Assembly: GCA_965637545.1 (NCBI GenBank)
Contig: OZ281497.1
Span: 13,826,001 to 13,890,000 of the forward strand
Reading direction: 5' to 3'
Source: Phallusia mammillata
Taxonomy: Eukaryota
Length of the DNA stretch: 64,000 bases
Shown piece by piece: positions 61,701-64,000 of the stretch (its first letter is position 1; each line of letters begins with the position of its first letter). The notes under the pieces are model-generated. The model was given only the letters and a program-made list of their open reading frames with translations. It had not been told where the DNA came from and ran no database searches. The position numbers were made by a program, and so were the translations under genes.

Positions 61701-62953
61701 CAAATTTTGTCGCATATATATTTTAACGCATGTAAAGTACAGTATTTGAACAAATGTTATTACAATAATGGATTATTCTAGCCCAAAACCCTTTAAAAAA
61801 GAAAATAGTAAATTAACTGATATGTTTACGGTTAAATGTATTTGTTTCTGCTTGTTCTACATTGCTGGCAATTTGGTTCTTACAGTAAATATATTGTTCA
61901 AGTCCGTGTCTTGTGTACGTAAATACTTTCTTTCAGTTTTGTGTAAAAATGGGTGTTTCAATTGAACTAGCTGTTTACAGGGAGGCACAGATAAAAGTTT
62001 GAAAGCCACTCGTCCAGTGACAAACAAGGTAAACATTGCAGTCCAAAAGTGAATACTGTATCCAAAAAAGTATTTAATATTTTACTAAAGTAAGATTTAT
62101 TACCTTTTCAATGAGAGTTTCCATGTAACTTTTTATTTCGGTTCTTGCCTGTTTAATCGCTGTAACGATCAAATCGGTCATATTTTTTCTGGTTGCAACA
62201 TCTCCCTGAAAAAAACACGTTTCACACTAAATCATTGATTCCAGTGGAGAAGTAGTTGATAACAAACAAACTTCTGATTCCTATACCTGATAAAATATTT
62301 TGTGGTTTATCAAATGACTAATAGTTTTATACAGACATGTGACGATGAGATGCAAAGCAAGCACACAATGTCGAGCACTTGCAAGTTGACCAGCTATTTG
62401 CATGGAAACTTCGCCGAGTCGACTCAGCATAGTCTTACATTTCTCCATGCTGGTTGGTTGAGTGCAAGCAAACGATGTTCCTGTTGCGAAAGAAAGAAAT
62501 TTTGTGAAACTTGGAGCTGCTGCTGATATGTGGACTAAGATTTGGCCTTCGTTCGTTCTTTTTGTGTAAAGTAAAACGACTAAACTATGGCTAGGAATAT
62601 AATAATAGAGACTGTGTACTTATAACAAAACATATTCCAACTAAAATTGCTTAACAACTACTATTAAATTTGGCCAAAGATTGAATTCAAGCACAATCTT
62701 TAATTTAAATAGTCAGATTGGCTTTACAATTGGTTAGCGCGTTTTATAGTTTTATACAAAACAAGTATTTTAAAGTTTCCATAACATGACTATAGAGACC
62801 TTGTGGGGTAAGAAGGCAATCCCGTAACTTGGCAACAAGTGGAATAACTTCAGCCGCTCGCAAATTTAATCCGTCGTCCTCGTGATACCAGTTGTGGAGC
62901 CACTCACTGTGCTCGTACTTGGAGCGACGAACTTTGGGTCCACTCGAAACACA
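55729..62953 (-). CDS. KNTC1: Kinetochore-associated protein 1 / Rough Deal (ROD), 3' portion, 5'-partial, multi-exon
   Basis: Exons read with confidence (minus strand): 59827-59664, 59509-59370, 59089-58918, 58861-58732, 58302-58049, 57643-57516, 57365-57238, 57131-56991, 56668-56431, 56335-56198, 56075-55958, 55874-(55729). Further coding blocks lie at about 60198-60439, 60700-60810, 61210-61350, 61420-61560, 62105-62207, 62287-62525 and 62800-62953. Peptides resemble human KNTC1 as I recall it: WYHEDDGLNLRAAEVIPLV, LLDAKWA, VSPYDYD, RLPLHPFLFG...LDTLYLTAA, INKPTELVMMLYKH...YPDIH, CRVRGLKCLL, LRVAADLCREF, KCPV...DLANVAQHF...ALALACLLMSP. The last exon and the small exons near 58400 and 59950 are uncertain. 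Confidence 0.88.
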
Positions 62954-64000
62954 CTGAAGTATAGAATAACATGAATGTGCTTAGTCACCAAAAAATACTC
63001 TTCTTGAAAAGGCAGCATTAAGAACGAAACCTCATGAAATAACGTGCTAGGTCAGTGGTTCCTAGGGATGTTCAAAGTAGAATAATTGAGTATTCTAGAA
63101 TAATTGATGCGAATCTAGAATATCGAATCCAATTCTTATATTCATTTTGACTGAGCAATCATTAATCTTGACAACAACTAAAGTAGACCAGTTTAATACA
63201 TTATAAAACATATGTTTCATTTATAATGTAAAAAAAGAACCAACCAAAACAAAGAAAAACACTAGGAAAAAACTTTGCACAACTGCATTGAAACTAAATG
63301 ATCCAAAATCAACTTAGCCAGAAAAATTAGCATAAGGTTAAAAATAACTTTTACAATTTTATTTAGTGACTATTATTGCCTTCAGTAGAAGTAATTATGT
63401 TGTAAGCATAATTGTGGTAATTTGATTTGTTGATGGTAGAGGAATGACATAGACTCCCTAGTGTACTAATATATAACGTTTGTTAACCTAAAACAACTGC
63501 AAAAACAGGTACCCTAGCAAAGTTAAAACATTGGGTGATGTAAAGCTGGGACATTGGGTAGTTTTAAATTCCAATTAAACTACCAGCGATTTTGCAACAC
63601 AAAATGTGAACTTTGCAGCGTGTACTAACTGCATTCTTATGTTTGGATGAGGTTAAAAAATGATGCCAACGTCATATGTTATGGGATTCCATCACTGTTT
63701 TTGGGATATTAACATACAATCCTATGCTTCCAATCGCTGCCTAACGCCATGACCGTTAAATTTTTGTTGTGTCGGAAAAAACGTCGGAAACAATTAGATG
63801 CTAGTAAGACGTTGCAAAAAGTCGCCGGTATGTCATTTAATGGCATAAGCATAATCACGTGATCAGATGCGTAACAAGTGCGCTAATCGTTAATTATGCC
63901 TCCAACGCACAACCGTCGTTATGGCGTTGTTATAGCGACTCGTGACTTGGCGTTATAACGTTGTATAGCGCTCACTGCTTTGACGGCGACGATGCGCTTG

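Noticed and set aside
62960-64000. Further KNTC1 exon near 63584-63635 and a transposon fragment at 63730-64000
   Set aside because: Splice sites are plausible but there is no recognisable peptide similarity, and no terminal repeats are visible within the window.

Overview
AT-rich eukaryotic genomic DNA with many short GT-AG introns; the gene style suggests a compact invertebrate chordate such as an ascidian (inference, not proven). Three protein-coding genes are visible. (1) Bases 1-48498, + strand: the 3' part of one giant gene. By my manual count it has 111 consecutive exons encoding 112 thrombospondin type-1 repeats (TSRs), joined by phase-0 introns. These are followed by a Sushi/CCP exon and two von Willebrand A domains, ending in TAA at 48498. 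That gives about 6,255 aa inside the window, with no C-terminal transmembrane anchor and the N-terminus upstream of the window. (2) 50635-53183, - strand: a complete 7-exon AP1AR/gadkin homolog (232 aa). (3) About 55729-62953 and beyond, - strand: the 3' half of KNTC1/Rough Deal. Notable non-coding structure: a perfect 216-bp-arm fold-back insertion with a 13-bp target-site duplication carrying Penelope-type minimal hammerhead ribozyme motifs (intron 44); an ACTAAC-packed intron with stacked stop-introducing acceptors (intron 94); a precise intron loss; a five-exon super-repeat in the TSR array; and several MITEs around AP1AR. Exon boundaries were read by eye without transcript support.
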